Made by a program: the position numbers and the translations under genes. 64,000 nt of DNA from Eledone cirrhosa (Eukaryota). Under the pieces are notes generated by a model. The model did no database searches. It was not told where the DNA came from and saw only the letters and a list, made by a program, of their open reading frames with translations. Shown here one piece after another: positions 34,711 through 47,990 of the stretch (within the stretch, counting starts at the first letter, position 1; every line of letters begins with the position of its first letter). The stretch is taken from the NCBI GenBank assembly GCA_964016885.1, contig OZ024741.1, positions 400,024,001 to 400,088,000 of the forward strand, written 5' to 3'.

Positions 34711-37700
34711 ATAAAAGACAGATTCTATGAGACACTGATGCTCACTACCTCCCAAATATCTGACAGTGACTATATAATTATTGCAGGCGACCTAAATGGT
34801 CACGTTGGGCAACATTGTGACGGCTACGACGAAATCCATGGAGGCTATGGGTTTGGTACTAGAAATGAGGAAGGCTCCAGAATCCTGGAATTCTGTGATG
34901 CAAATAACCTAACTATCTGTAACACTAACTTCAAAAAACGTGACAATCACCTGATCACCTATAGATCCGGGGAACACACAAGCCAGGTAGATTATATCCT
35001 TACCAGAAGACGTGACAGAGTGTCTGTTGTAAACACTAAATCCCTCCCCCATGAAGAATGCACCTCCCAACATAGACTGATAATTAGCGACCTCATAGTC
35101 AGGTCGAGACGTACTCGACAGCAGAAGAGGACTATCCTCAGGAGAAAAATATGGAAGCTAAAGGACCCCACAGCCAAAAATAAATTTCAAAACATATTAC
35201 TTGATGCTTTCGACAGTAAGGAAGAACACTTAGAGTCGGACAATATAGAGGGACAGTGGGAATTTCTGAAAGCAAACCTGCTGTTGGCCACAGACGAAGT
35301 CTGTGGCTGGAGCAGGCCTGTAGGCAGGAGGAGAGTAACATGGTGGTGGAACAGTAAGGTGGAGGAGTCAATTAAGGCCAAAAAGCAGGCTTGGAAAGTA
35401 TGGCGGGATGGGGGAAGTAGAGTAGACTATCAAGTGGCCAGGAGGGAAGCTAGGAGAGAAGTGTACTTAGCAAGAAGGGAAGCTGAGGAAAGAAAGTTCA
35501 AGCATGTCCTACAACGCGATGACCAAAAACGTGAGGTGTTCAGGATTGCTAGGCAATGCGTCAAGGAAAACCGTGATATTGTCGGGGAGAAGTGTGTACT
35601 TAAGGATGATGGCATACTTGCCATCACCGACACTGATAAGAAGGCAGCTTGGAAGTGTCACTATGAAAGGCTACTAAATGAGGAGAATAAATGGGAGAAA
35701 GACAGTCTCCCCCATGTCGACCCAATAGAGGGACCAGCAGTGTTAGTCGAGGGGAGTATAATAAGTAAGGCAATCAAGGATATGAAGACAGGTAAGGCGG
35801 CTGGGCCTTCGGAAATAGTTGCTGAGATGCTGAAGGCATCTGGCACGGTGGGACACACCATGGTCACCCGCATAGTTAACCAAGTCGTACAGAATGGGGC
35901 TGTTCCGAAGGACTGGCATAGCAGCATCATCGTTAACTGTTATAAGGGTAAAGGAGACGCCCTAGATAGGAGTAACTATAGAGGCATTAAATTAATCGAC
36001 CAGGTCATGAAGGTCACAGAAAAAGTAATAGCGCAACTAATCAGAGAGAGAATTGACCTAGATGAAATGCAGTTCGGGTTTGTGTCAGGCAAAAGTACCA
36101 CAGACGCTCTTTTCATAGTACGACAACTACAGGAGAAGTACCTAGCTAAAGGTAAACCCCTCTACTTAGCTTTTGTCGACTTGGAGAAAGCCTTCGACAG
36201 AGTCCCCCGCTCCATTATCTGGTGGGCTCTTAGAAAACTAGGCGTTGACGAATGGCTTGTGAGGGCTATACAAGCCATGTATAAAGAAACAGTCAGCAAG
36301 GTTAGAATTAACAACGAATATAGTGAAGAGTTTAGCGTAAAAGTTGGCGTCCATCAGGGCTCTGTTCTCAGCCCCCTACTATTTATTATTGCCCTTCAGG
36401 CTATAACAGAGGAGTTCAAGACAGGCTGCCCATGGGAACTCCTATACGCAGACGACCTGACACTCATAGCGGAATCAATGGCCGAGCTAGAGAAGAAATT
36501 CCAAACATGGAAGCACGGCCTAGAGTCAAAAGGACTTAAAATTAACCTGGCTAAGACCAAAGTTCTAGTTTGTAGGAAAGAAAACAAGGCGGCGGTCCCT
36601 TCTGGGAAATGGTCGTGCTCGGTGTGTAGGAAAGGCGTAGGTAGAAACTCCATTTTGTGTCCTAAATGCAAAGTATGGGTGCATAAAAGATGTAGTGGGA
36701 TCACAGGTAAGCTAACTAAGAACATAGATTTTACATGTGGCCGGTGTTCTGGTGCAATAAGTAGCAGCAAGTGCCCACACAATACTAGCTCTTTCAATTG
36801 CGCAGAGGGTTCTATAGAAATAGTGGACAGCTTCCGTTACCTGGGCGATAAAATCAGCAGTGGGGGAGGGTGCTCTGAAAGTACTGTAGCTAGAGTCAGA
36901 ACTGGTTGGAAAAAGTTCAGAGAGCTTATACCACTATTAGCTGCTAAAGGGTTCTCCCTAAAAATGAAAGGCAGGTTGTACGATGCCTGCATACGAACAG
37001 CAATGTTGCATGGCAGTGAGACCTGGGCATTGTGTGCAGAGGATATACGCAGACTAGAGAGGAACGAAGCTTGCATGCTCCGCTGGATGTGTAACAGTAA
37101 TATACGTGAACGGCAAAGCATAAACGAACTAAGGAAAAAATTAGAGATAAGAGGGATCAGATGTTGTCTACTCGAGAGAAGGCTACGTTGGTATGGACAC
37201 GTGATGCGCATGAAAGTCGATAGCTGTATAACAAAGTGCAGGGCAATAAAGATAGACGGTAGCCACGGAATAGGCAGACCTAGAAAAACCTGGGACGAGC
37301 TGATAAACTCCGACCTCACACACTTACACCTCTCCAAGACAATGTCACTGGACCGAGACCTTTGGCGGTACTCAGTAACAGAGAAGACCCGCCTTGCCAG
37401 TAGGCATCTCTAACAAAATACACCCCGTCCCACCACCACCACCCCCACCCCATCCACACCACCCCGTCCTATGTAAAGTTATGTTGGTGCCGCGCCATCC
37501 GGGCCGAAACAAATGAGATCGTGTAGGTGTCACGACAAAAAAACACACAGTCCACGCTGTAATGTGGCCGTGTAGGCAACACGGTAAAAACCTCCCAGAC
37601 CCACACTGTAAATGTGGTTGGTGTTAGGAAGGGCATCCAACTGTAGAAAACCTGCCAGACAGTCCTATGCGAGCAAGACAATCACTCTTGCCTCAAGTGG

Positions 37701-37775
37701 GACTACCCCCGTCCAAACCCATGCAAGCGTGGAACACGGACGTTAAACGTTGATGATGATGATGATGATGATGAT
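34711..37775 (+). mobile_element. RTE LINE copy C, 5'-truncated, near-identical to B, open ORF to 37413
   Basis: 891-aa ORF almost identical to B; (GAT)n tail. Confidence 0.95.
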
Positions 37776-37785
37776 ATAATATATA

Positions 37786-37830
<45 letters not shown>

Positions 37831-37831
37831 T

Positions 37832-37863
<32 letters not shown>

Positions 37864-38344
37864 ATATATATATATATATAATATATAATATATAATATAT
37901 ATATATATAATATATAATATATATAACATATATATAATATATAATATATATATATATATATATAATATATAACATATATATAATATATAATATATATATA
38001 TATATATATAATATATAACATATATATAATATATAATATATATATAATATATAATATATATATAATATATATAATATATAACATATATATAATATATAAT
38101 ATATATATAATATATAATATATATATAATATATATATATATATAATATATATATAATATATATATATAATATATATATAATATATAATATATATATATAA
38201 TATATAATATAATATATATATATATATAATATATAATATATATATAATATATAAAATATATATATATATATAATATATAATATATATATAATATATAATA
38301 TATATATAATATATATATAATATATATATAATATATATATATAT

Positions 38345-38400
<56 letters not shown>

Positions 38401-38459
38401 TATATAATATATATAATATATATATATATATAATATATATAATATATATAATATATATA

Positions 38460-38504
<45 letters not shown>

Positions 38505-38622
38505 ATATATATATATAATATATATATAATATATATATAATATATATATATATAATATATATATAATATATATAATATATATATATATATATAATATATA
38601 TATATATATATAATATATATAT

Positions 38623-38674
<52 letters not shown>

Positions 38675-38772
38675 ATATATAATATATATAATAATATATA
38701 TAATATATATAATATATAATATATATAATATATATATATAATATATATATATAATATATAATATATATAATA

Positions 38773-38805
<33 letters not shown>

Positions 38806-38971
38806 CATATATATATATTATATATATATATTATATATTATATATATATATTATATATATTATATATATATATTATATATATTATATATATATATTATAT
38901 ATATATATTATATATATATATTATATATATATATTATATATATTATATATATATATTATATATATATATAT

Positions 38972-39005
<34 letters not shown>

Positions 39006-39040
39006 ATATATAATATATATATATATATAATATATATATT
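37776..39040. repeat. ~1.26-kb interrupted (TA)n microsatellite
   Basis: Seen directly; similar arrays at 26132-26237, 29301-29546 and 34331-34710. Confidence 0.97.
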
Positions 39041-39449
39041 ATCATCATCACCGTTTTACGTCCATTCTTCCACGGTAGCATGGGTTAGACGGGTTGTCCT
39101 GTTGTGGGCAGTGTCTGGTCGGCTGACCATGCCTTGCTCATACAGGAACTGATTTTGGCTCGATTTCTACAGCTGGATGCCCTTCCTAACACCAACCTCA
39201 TTTTCAGTGAGTGATGGGTGCTTTTTTGCCCTGGCACCTCCACGACCACTTTACATTGGGAGGGTGTGGGGGGGCATATTGTCTATATGCTTCAGCGTGT
39301 ACCCATGGGAGGTCAGGTACTCTGTATTACTGCGTGACGCCAGAGGTCACGGTCGTGTGTCATCGCCTTTGAGAGGTGTAATTGAGTAAGGTCGGCTTTT
39401 ATCACCTCATCCCAGGTCTTCTTGGGTCTCCCCACTCTGTGGTTTCCAT
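39041..39449 (-). mobile_element. RTE A-type 3' fragment (copy D)
   Basis: Reverse complement matches 28840-29300. Confidence 0.9.
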
Positions 39450-39869
39450 ATATATAATATATATATATAATTCAAAATTCAATAAAACCAAGGGTTATTT
39501 ATACATTGCTAAGGGTGTTTCAATATGGCTAGAGTATCTCATCAATTGTGGAGAAAAAACAGACATTATCAGTAAAATTACTCCACTATAGGTACTCTAC
39601 TTCAAAACATATCAGTAAAATTACTCCATTATAGGTACTTTTCTCCAAACCATATCTCTTCAGGAAATATAATTTTAAAAAATAATAAATTGATGAATAT
39701 CATAAGGTTGACCTCAGTGGGATTTGAACTCTGAGTGGAGATAGCCGAAATGAAAACAATAGAAAATCCTATCCTATGTTCAGCAGACAGAACGACTCTT
39801 CTGCAATTCAGCACATCTTAGAAATACAAACCTTGAATCATATGAGCTATCAGAAGATATGTCTGTTCT

Positions 39870-40115
39870 AAGTCAAAGGCTCATCGGGCCTGTGCTTATC
39901 CCAGTTTCCTTGGTGTTAAGTGACAGAGTACAAGACTCTCCCTGGACAGGACACCGGTCTATCGCAGAATTAACTCCCCAGCTACTGCTAGTATCCACTC
40001 TCAACTGAGTATACTTAAGCAACATGAAAAAGTGTTTTGCTCAAGAACACAACACAACAGCCTGTCCAGGAATCGATCATATACCAAGCATCCTAACCAT
40101 TAGGCTATGTACCTT
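39870..40115 (-). mobile_element. V-SINE-like element
   Basis: tRNA-like head; gcgatagaccggtgtcctgtccaggg V-like domain on the minus strand. Confidence 0.55.
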
Positions 40116-40302
40116 CACTATCATTTCATATCAAACATAATTCTCAATATTGTGCAAAATTTTAATTTTATTCACTTTAATAGGAAAATATTTCAACAAG
40201 ACAGATCAAACAACATTGATGCAATGCCATAGAACATTAAGCCCCACCTCTCTCTCTATCAATATATACCTCTATATGTATAAATATATCTTTCTCCCTC
40301 TA

Positions 40303-40344
<42 letters not shown>

Positions 40345-40380
40345 CAGTTTTATGCACATTTTTCCATACTAGCGCGAGAG

Positions 40381-40708
40381 GGAGAGAGACATGGTTTAGT
40401 GGTTAGAGTGTTGGGCTAGCAATTGTAAGATGGTGAGTTTGATTCTCAGACCGGGTGATGCGTTGTGTCCTTGAGCAAACATTTTATTTCACATTGCTTA
40501 GCTGTAGATACGAGTTGTGACGTCACTGGTGCCAAGCTGTATCGGCCATTGCCTTTCCCTTGGACAACATCGGTGGCGCGCAGAGCGGAGACTGGTATGT
40601 ATGGGCGGCTGCTGGTTTTCCACAAACAACCTTGCCCAGACCTTGGAGGAGAGTTTTCTAGGTGAAAATCTCTGTGACCAAAGGGGGACTTTACCCTTAC
40701 CTTACCCT
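40381..40708 (+). mobile_element. tRNA/CORE-like SINE, second family
   Basis: A-box TGGTTTAGTGG, B-box-like GTTTGATTC, gtccttgagcaa; (TTACC)n tail. Confidence 0.75.
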
Positions 40709-40714
40709 ATATAT

Positions 40715-40858
40715 ATCATTACTTAATATAGAAATGGCTTCTACAGGACTAGAACTGTTTCAATTGTATTAAATTATCAGGAATGCCCATTCCTGATGAT
40801 GCCATACAAATGAAACTGTTCTAGTCCTGTAGAAGCCATTTCTATATTAAGTAATGAT
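40715..40858. repeat. 144-bp near-perfect palindrome
   Basis: atcattacttaatatagaaatggcttctacaggactagaac / gttctagtcctgtagaagccatttctatattaagtaatgat. Confidence 0.92.
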
Positions 40859-40927
40859 GTTTACTAATGTATTCAGTACCTTATTTACTGTGGTTACCCC
40901 TGATTGAACTTAGGGATATATATATAT

Positions 40928-41266
40928 ATCATCATCATCATCATTTTACGTTCGTTTTTCCCTGGTTGCAAGGGTGGGACAGGAACTGATTCTGGCTTGA
41001 TTTCTACAGATGGATGCCCTTCCTAACACCAACCTCATTTACAGTGAGTGCTGGGTGCTTTTTTGCCGTGGCACCTCCACGACCACTTTGCAGTGGAATG
41101 ATAGGGACCCCACACCCTATCATCTCATTTCTACAGCTGAGTAAACTGGAGCAATGTGAAATAAAGTGTCTTGCTCAAGGAAACAACACATCACCCGGTC
41201 TGAGAATTGAACTCACAACCTTTCGATTGCAAAGCCAATGCTCTAACCACTAAACCATATGCCTCC
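40928..41266 (-). mobile_element. Full-length SINE: tRNA head, CORE-like body, RTE-derived module and tail
   Basis: A-box TGGTTTAGTGG, B-box GTTCAATTC, (GAT)n tail. Confidence 0.88.
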
Positions 41267-41346
41267 ACATATATATATATATATCATCTGTATACTATAT
41301 TAATCTCTCTACATATATATCTATATATATACACACATACACACGA

Positions 41347-41820
41347 TGGCTGCCCCCTCGTTATCGAGTATGACCATTGCACTACAAAGAAAAACCCCAT
41401 ATATATTAACAATTAACAATGCTGTGATTGAATGTGGCTTTTTAGCCCAGCCAATAATCTAAAATGACTTGCACGGAGTTGGTAACCATGATAAAAACAT
41501 TCACTGGCAACAGCCGATTGTGGTTGGACTTCATGTACTTTTGCATGTCGTTTGAGCCCTCCTGCTGATCTAGCCTCTTTTCCATGTGCTTAATAGGTAT
41601 GATGAGTAGCATCTCCGACAGAAGCCTGAACATGCAACAAATACTTGATCATCCTTTAAATTTCTCTTCAGTAGTAAGTTATTGTGTAAAATCCCCCTTC
41701 AAGTTGACGTAGTCACCTGCAGCCACTTCTTCAAAATCAACACACTTTAAACAATAACTACTTTCATCTAACTCTTCTTTAGAAACAGCACATGGAATAC
41801 TTTTAAGTTCCTATTGCACT
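41347..41820 (-). mobile_element. Decayed 3' end of a different RTE lineage with C-terminal C2H2 fingers (likely partner of the bipartite elements)
   Basis: Translates to ..SAGGLKRHAKVH.. and ..LAGLKSHIQ..; tail gcaatggtcatactcgataacgagggggcagccat shared with 17981. Confidence 0.65.
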
Positions 41821-42016
41821 GTGAGAGAGAGGAGGGAGGGAGGGAGTGGGATAGAGAGAATGGGAGGGAGAGTGTGGGTATCTCTTCCGCTGTATGAGAT
41901 CGGGAAGGGGGGGAAGGGGGAGAGGTAGGAGATTAAGATTATTGTCGCTGATAGAAACAAAAGTTAAATATTCATGTATGTATGTATTTATATAAAAATA
42001 TATACACACACACAGA

Positions 42017-44407
42017 TCTATATATCTAAAACAGAATGTCTGTGTCTGATCCCTAAAACTCGAGAACCACCTAACCGATTGTTTTCAAACTTTACACATG
42101 TAATACTTATGGCCCTGTGAGTGTTTTGAGCAAAAAAGAAATTTTCAAATTTTCAATGCCCTAGGGACCGCATTTAGATTATTTAGCGATCTCTATATAA
42201 TTCTTAGTCTATCTTTTCGATAGATATATAGATATAACGTTGCGCCATTATAATATCTGTCTGCAATACAACAGTGTGGTGTGTGCGTGTATGCGTGTGT
42301 ATATTGTCTAACGTTTTTCGAAATATTTACTTCTGCGTTCACAGATTGATTTTAGTTTCAGAAGATCCCGTTAAGGGTGAAAGTAGCAATTCTTTGCTTA
42401 AACTTTAATTTGTTACTTTTATATATATATCATTAACTGCTACAAGGGTAAAGGAGATGCTCTAGACAGGGGTAACTATAGAGGCATTAAATTAATCGAC
42501 CAGGTCATGAAGGTCACAGAGAAAGTAATAGCGCAACTAATCAGAGAGCGAATTGATCTAGATGAAATGCAGTTCGGGTTTGTGTCAGGTAAAAGTACCA
42601 CAGATGCTCTTTTCATTGTACGACAACTACAGAAGTACCTAGCTAAAAGTAAACCCCTATACTTAGCTTTTGTTGACTTGGAGAAAGCATTTGACAGAGT
42701 CCCCCGCTCCATTATCTGGTGGGCTCTTAGAAAACTATGTGTTGATGAATGGCTTGTGAGAGATATACAAGCCATGTATAAAGAAACAGTCAGCAAGGTT
42801 AGAATTAACAATGACGTAAAAGTTGGTGTTCATCAGGGCTCCGTTCTTAGCCCCCTACTATTTATTATTGCCCTTCAGGCTATAACAGAGGAGTTCAAGA
42901 CCCGCTGCCCATGGGAACTCCTATACGCAGATGATCTAATGCTCATAGCTGAATCAATGGCTGAACTAGAGAAGAAACTACAAACATGAACGCATGGCCT
43001 AGAATCAAAAGGCCTTAAAATTAACCTGTCTAAGACTAAAGTTCTAGTTTGTAGGAAGGAAAATAGGGTACCAGTCCCATCTGGGAAATGGCCATGCTCA
43101 GTGTGTAGGAAAGGAGTAGGCAGAAACTCCATTTTATGTCCCAAATGCAAAGTATGGATGCATAAATGATGTAATTGGATCACAGGTAAGCTAACTAAGA
43201 ATATAGATTTTATATGTGGCTGGTGCTCAGGTGCAATAAGAATACTAGCTCATTCCATTGCACAGATGGTTCTATAGAAATAGTGGACAGCTTCCGTTAC
43301 CTGGGTGACAAAATCAGCAGTGGTGGAGGGTGCTGTGAAAGTACAGTAGCTAGAGTCAGAACTGGATGGAAAAAGTTCAGAGAGCTTATACCACTATTGG
43401 CTGCTAAAGGGTTCTCTCTAAAAATGAAAGGCAGGCTGTATGATGCCTGCATACGAACAGCAATGTTACATGACAGTGAGACTTGGGCATTGTGTGCAGA
43501 GGATATACGCAGACTGGAGAGGAACGAAGCTTGCATGCTCCGCTGGATGTGTAATAGTAATATACGTGAACGGTAAAGCATAAATGAACTAAGTGAGAAA
43601 TTAGGAATAAGAGGGATCAGATGTTTACTCGAGAGAAGACTACGTTGGTATGGTCACGTGATGCGCATGGAAGACGACAGCTGTATAAAAAAAGTGCAGG
43701 GCAATAAAAATAGACGGTAGCCACGGAGTAGGCAGACCCAGAAAAACCTGGGACGACTTGATAAATTCCGACCTCACACACTTACACCTCTCCAAGACAA
43801 TGTCACTGGACCAAGATCTTTGGCGTTACACAGTAATACAGAAGACTCGCCTTGCCTAAGTACAAAGCGAAACCTACAGTCAGTAGGCACCTCTGAACAA
43901 AAATATACCCCCGTCCCACTATCCCCACCCCATCCACACCACCCCTTTCGATGTAAAGTTATGTTGGTACCACAACATCCAGTCCGAAATAAATGAGGTC
44001 ATGTAGGTATCACGACAAAAAAACACACAGTCCACGCTGTAATGTAGCCGTGTAGGTAACACGGTAAAAACCTCCCAATCCACACTGTAAACATGGTTGG
44101 TGTTAGGAAGAGCATCCAGCCATAGAAAACCCGCCAGACAGTCCTATACGAGCAAGACAACCAATCTTGCCTCACATGGGAAAATTCCCGTCCAAACCCA
44201 TGCAAGCGTGGAAGATGGACGTTAAACGATGATGATGATGATATATATAATATATATAATTATATATTCGTGTACAGATATTTTTGCATACACAATAACA
44301 AAATATAAACAAAAGTATTTATTTCACAAGGCTCGATAAGGATAAATATATATCAAATATATAAGACCCCTAGAGCAAATCCCGAGCAACGCCGGGCCAT
44401 TCTACTA

Positions 44408-44408
<1 letters not shown>
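42017..44408 (+). mobile_element. Non-autonomous Helitron with nested insertions
   Basis: A|TCTATATATCTAAAA 5' end; hairpin CCCGAGCAACGCCGGG then CTAG|T 3' end. Confidence 0.7.
42429..44242 (+). mobile_element. RTE B-type copy E, 5'-truncated and decayed
   Basis: RT fragments with stops and indels; (GAT)n tail. Confidence 0.92.
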
Positions 44409-44457
<49 letters not shown>

Positions 44458-44788
44458 GATATATACACATATATACAAGCCTACAAACATGCATATAAAT
44501 GGCTATACAAACCAACATACATTCATATATATATAAACACTTGCACATATACACACACACACACAGTGAATGTATAAACATATAGATGTTAAATAGGGAA
44601 GGACAAAAAGCTTAGGTGGAGGTTTAGGAATAAAACTAGAATATATAAAACTGTAATCCTACACTAACCCTCTAGGTAAATATCACAGATTAAAGAAGAT
44701 TACAATTGAGGGAATTTACTAACGAAAAGGTAACAAAGAAGATGTCCCAACTATTACAAAACTACTTCAATAACCACACAATGACATA

Positions 44789-44992
44789 TGTTAGCTGCCG
44801 GGACACTGCGTCCTTCAAACCCTCCATGCTTCCCAAACTCCGCCAACACCACACCTGATATTCCTTCTCCATACATATACACACATGTATATGTGTGTAT
44901 TTCGTGACTTATACACTGTTCACTTGCCTGACATTTGTACATTATTCTATGTACTATACATGCACCTTTCAGGAGTTGTAGTGCATTGAGCA
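44789..44992 (+). mobile_element. Short 3' fragment of the CR1 family
   Basis: Similar to the reverse complement of the 12440-12765 region. Confidence 0.75.
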
Positions 44993-45185
44993 AAACACTT
45001 TATTTCACGTCGCTCCAGTATACTCAGCTGAAAATGAGTACCAGCTTTAACTGGAGGTTTAACCCTGCGATGGACTGGCGTCCTGTCCAAGGGGGATTCT
45101 TGTACTCTGTCGCTTCACACTATGAAATCGGGATAAGCATCGGCCAAATGAGCCTTCTGACTTAACACAAATTTAGACTTTTTTT
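44986..45185 (+). mobile_element. V-SINE-like element (body and tail)
   Basis: ccctgcgatggactggcgtcctgtcca V-like domain. Confidence 0.6.
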
Positions 45186-45189
45186 TAGA

Positions 45190-45190
45190 C

Positions 45191-45234
<44 letters not shown>

Positions 45235-45369
45235 GTGTATATATATATATATATATATTTATATACACACACACATATATATATATATATATTTATATAT
45301 ATACACACACATCTCTATATATACATACACACACCTATATATATATATATATATACATACATACATACA

Positions 45370-45443
<74 letters not shown>

Positions 45444-45487
45444 CCTATATATATATATATATATACACATATATATATATACATACG

Positions 45488-45518
<31 letters not shown>

Positions 45519-45858
45519 CTATATATATATACACACACACCTATATATATATATACACACACCTATATATATATATATACACACACCTATATATATATAG
45601 ACACCTATATATATATACACACACACCTATATATATATATACACACACCTATATATATATATACACACCTATATATATATACACACACATATATATATAC
45701 ACACACACACCTATATATATATACACACACACCTATATATATATATACACACACACACATATATATATACACACACACACATATATATATACACACACAC
45801 CTATATATATATATACACACACACACATATATATATACACACCTATGTATATATATAT

Positions 45859-45890
<32 letters not shown>
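45190..45890. repeat. (TA)n/(CA)n array with ACACCT variant unit
   Basis: Seen directly. Confidence 0.95.
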
Positions 45891-45892
<2 letters not shown>

Positions 45893-46440
45893 GGTGGCTG
45901 CCAACTCGTTTTCAAGTACGGCCACTACTTTATATCCATGTAGGAGAACCCCTACTAATGCGCTGAACAAGTGTGACTTTTTAGTCCAGCCAGCGACTTG
46001 AAAACTCTGGTACAAACACTACACTTGTGACAATTATTGACACATAGTGTTGGGCCCATGGTGCCATGTGATTACAAGTGCAGAGAGATCTCCTGATATA
46101 AAGCAATGCCTGTGTCGTGAAGCTTTTATAGTGAGCAAAGGCACTGCACAAAGCCAGTCCCACTCTCTTAACCAAGATGATATTTACCAAAAAGAAGAAT
46201 AAGTCAACATCATTGGATACCATCAGGTTTGCAGGTGTTATATCAGAGTTTTCCTTCTCCTAGAATTCTGCCTTGACAAAGGCTAAGGGGTCATCTCTCC
46301 CAGTGATTTTGGATGGCCATTGACTCTTAAGAGCTCCTTTGCCCTTTGACAGGTTTTGTTTTTAGTCCTGCAGGATGTCCAAAGTCACCCTCCTCACCAA
46401 GAAACCTTGGTGGGGTTGCCAGTTTAGTCGCCAACGACTA
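45891..46440 (-). mobile_element. Bipartite non-autonomous RTE derivative, slightly 5'-truncated
   Basis: Near-identical to 60416-60963; retains [17 protein letters not shown] finger. Confidence 0.8.
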
Positions 46441-46554
46441 TATGTGTGTATATATATGTGTGTATATACACATATACACACATATATATACACACATATA
46501 CACACATATATACACACATATACACACATATATATATATATACACACACACCTA

Positions 46555-46588
<34 letters not shown>

Positions 46589-46598
46589 CACACACCTA

Positions 46599-46630
<32 letters not shown>

Positions 46631-46650
46631 CACACACCTATATATATATA

Positions 46651-47954
46651 CATCTGGGAAATGGCCATGCTCAGTGTGTAGGAAAGGCGTAGGTAGAAAC
46701 TCCATTTTATGTCCCAAATGCAATGTATGGGTGCATAAAAGATGTAGTGGGATCACAGGTAAGCTAACTAAGAACATAGATTTTACATGTGGCCGGTGCT
46801 CTGGTGCAATAAGTAGCAGCAAGTGCCCACAAAATACTAGCTTCTTCAACTGCGCAGAGGGTTCTATAGAAATAGTGGACAGCTTCCGTTACCTGGGTGA
46901 CAAAATCAGCAGTGGGGGAGGGTGCTCTGAAAGTACAGTAGCTAGAGTCAGAACTGGATGGAAAAAGTTCAGAGAGCTTATACCACTATTAGCCGCTAGA
47001 GGGTTCTCCCTAAAAATGAAAGGCAGGTTATACGATGCCTGCATACGAACAGCAATGCTGCATGGCAGTTAGACCTGGGCATTGTGTGCAGAGGATATAC
47101 GCAGACTGGAGAGGAACGAAGCTTGCATGCTCCGCTGGATGTGCAATAGTAATATACGTGAACGGCAAAGCATAAACGAACTAAGGAAAAAATTAGAAAT
47201 AAGAGGGATCAGATGTTGTTTACTCGAGAGAAGGCTACGTTGGTACGGTCACGTGATGCGCATGAAAGGCGACAGCTGTATAACAAAGTGCAGGGCAATA
47301 AAGATAGACGGTAGCCACGGAGTAGGCAGACCCAGAAAAACATGGGACGAGCTGATAAATTCCGACCTCACACACTTACACCTCTCCAAGACAATGTCGC
47401 TGGACCGAGACCTTTGGCGGTACTCAGTAATAGAGAAGACCCGCCTTACCTAAATACAAAGTAAAAACCTACTACAGTCAGTAGGCATCTCTATCAAAAC
47501 ACCCCCCCCCCCCGTCCCACCACCTCCACCCCATCCACACCGCCCCTTTCAATGTAAAGTTATGTTGGTCCCACAACATCCAGGCCGAAACAAATGAGAT
47601 CGTGTAGGTGTCACGAGAAAAAAACACACAGTCCACGCTGTAAATGTGGCCGTGTAGGCAACACGGTAAAAACCTCCCAGCCCCACACTGTAAATGTGGT
47701 TTGTGTTAGGAAGGGCATCCAGCTGTAGAAAACCCGCCAGACAGTCCACGCTGTAATGTGGCCGTCTAGGCAACACGGTAAAAACCTCCCAGCCCCACAC
47801 TGTAAATGTGGTTGGTGTTAGGAAGGGCATCCAACTGTAGAAAACCCGCCAGACAGTCCTATGCGAGCAAGACAACCACTCTTGCCTCAAGTGGGAAAAC
47901 CCCCGTCCAAACCCATGCAAGCGTGGAACACGGACGCTAAACCTGATGATGATG

Positions 47955-47956
<2 letters not shown>
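46651..47956 (+). mobile_element. RTE B-type copy F, 5'-truncated at the PHD finger; internal duplication in the 3' UTR
   Basis: SGKWPCSVC start; one premature TAG; duplication around 47620-47860. Confidence 0.93.

Positions 47957-47990
<34 letters not shown>

Noticed and set aside
41195-41266. tRNA gene (also at 40381)
   Set aside because: A and B boxes are present but continue into SINE bodies; no full cloverleaf
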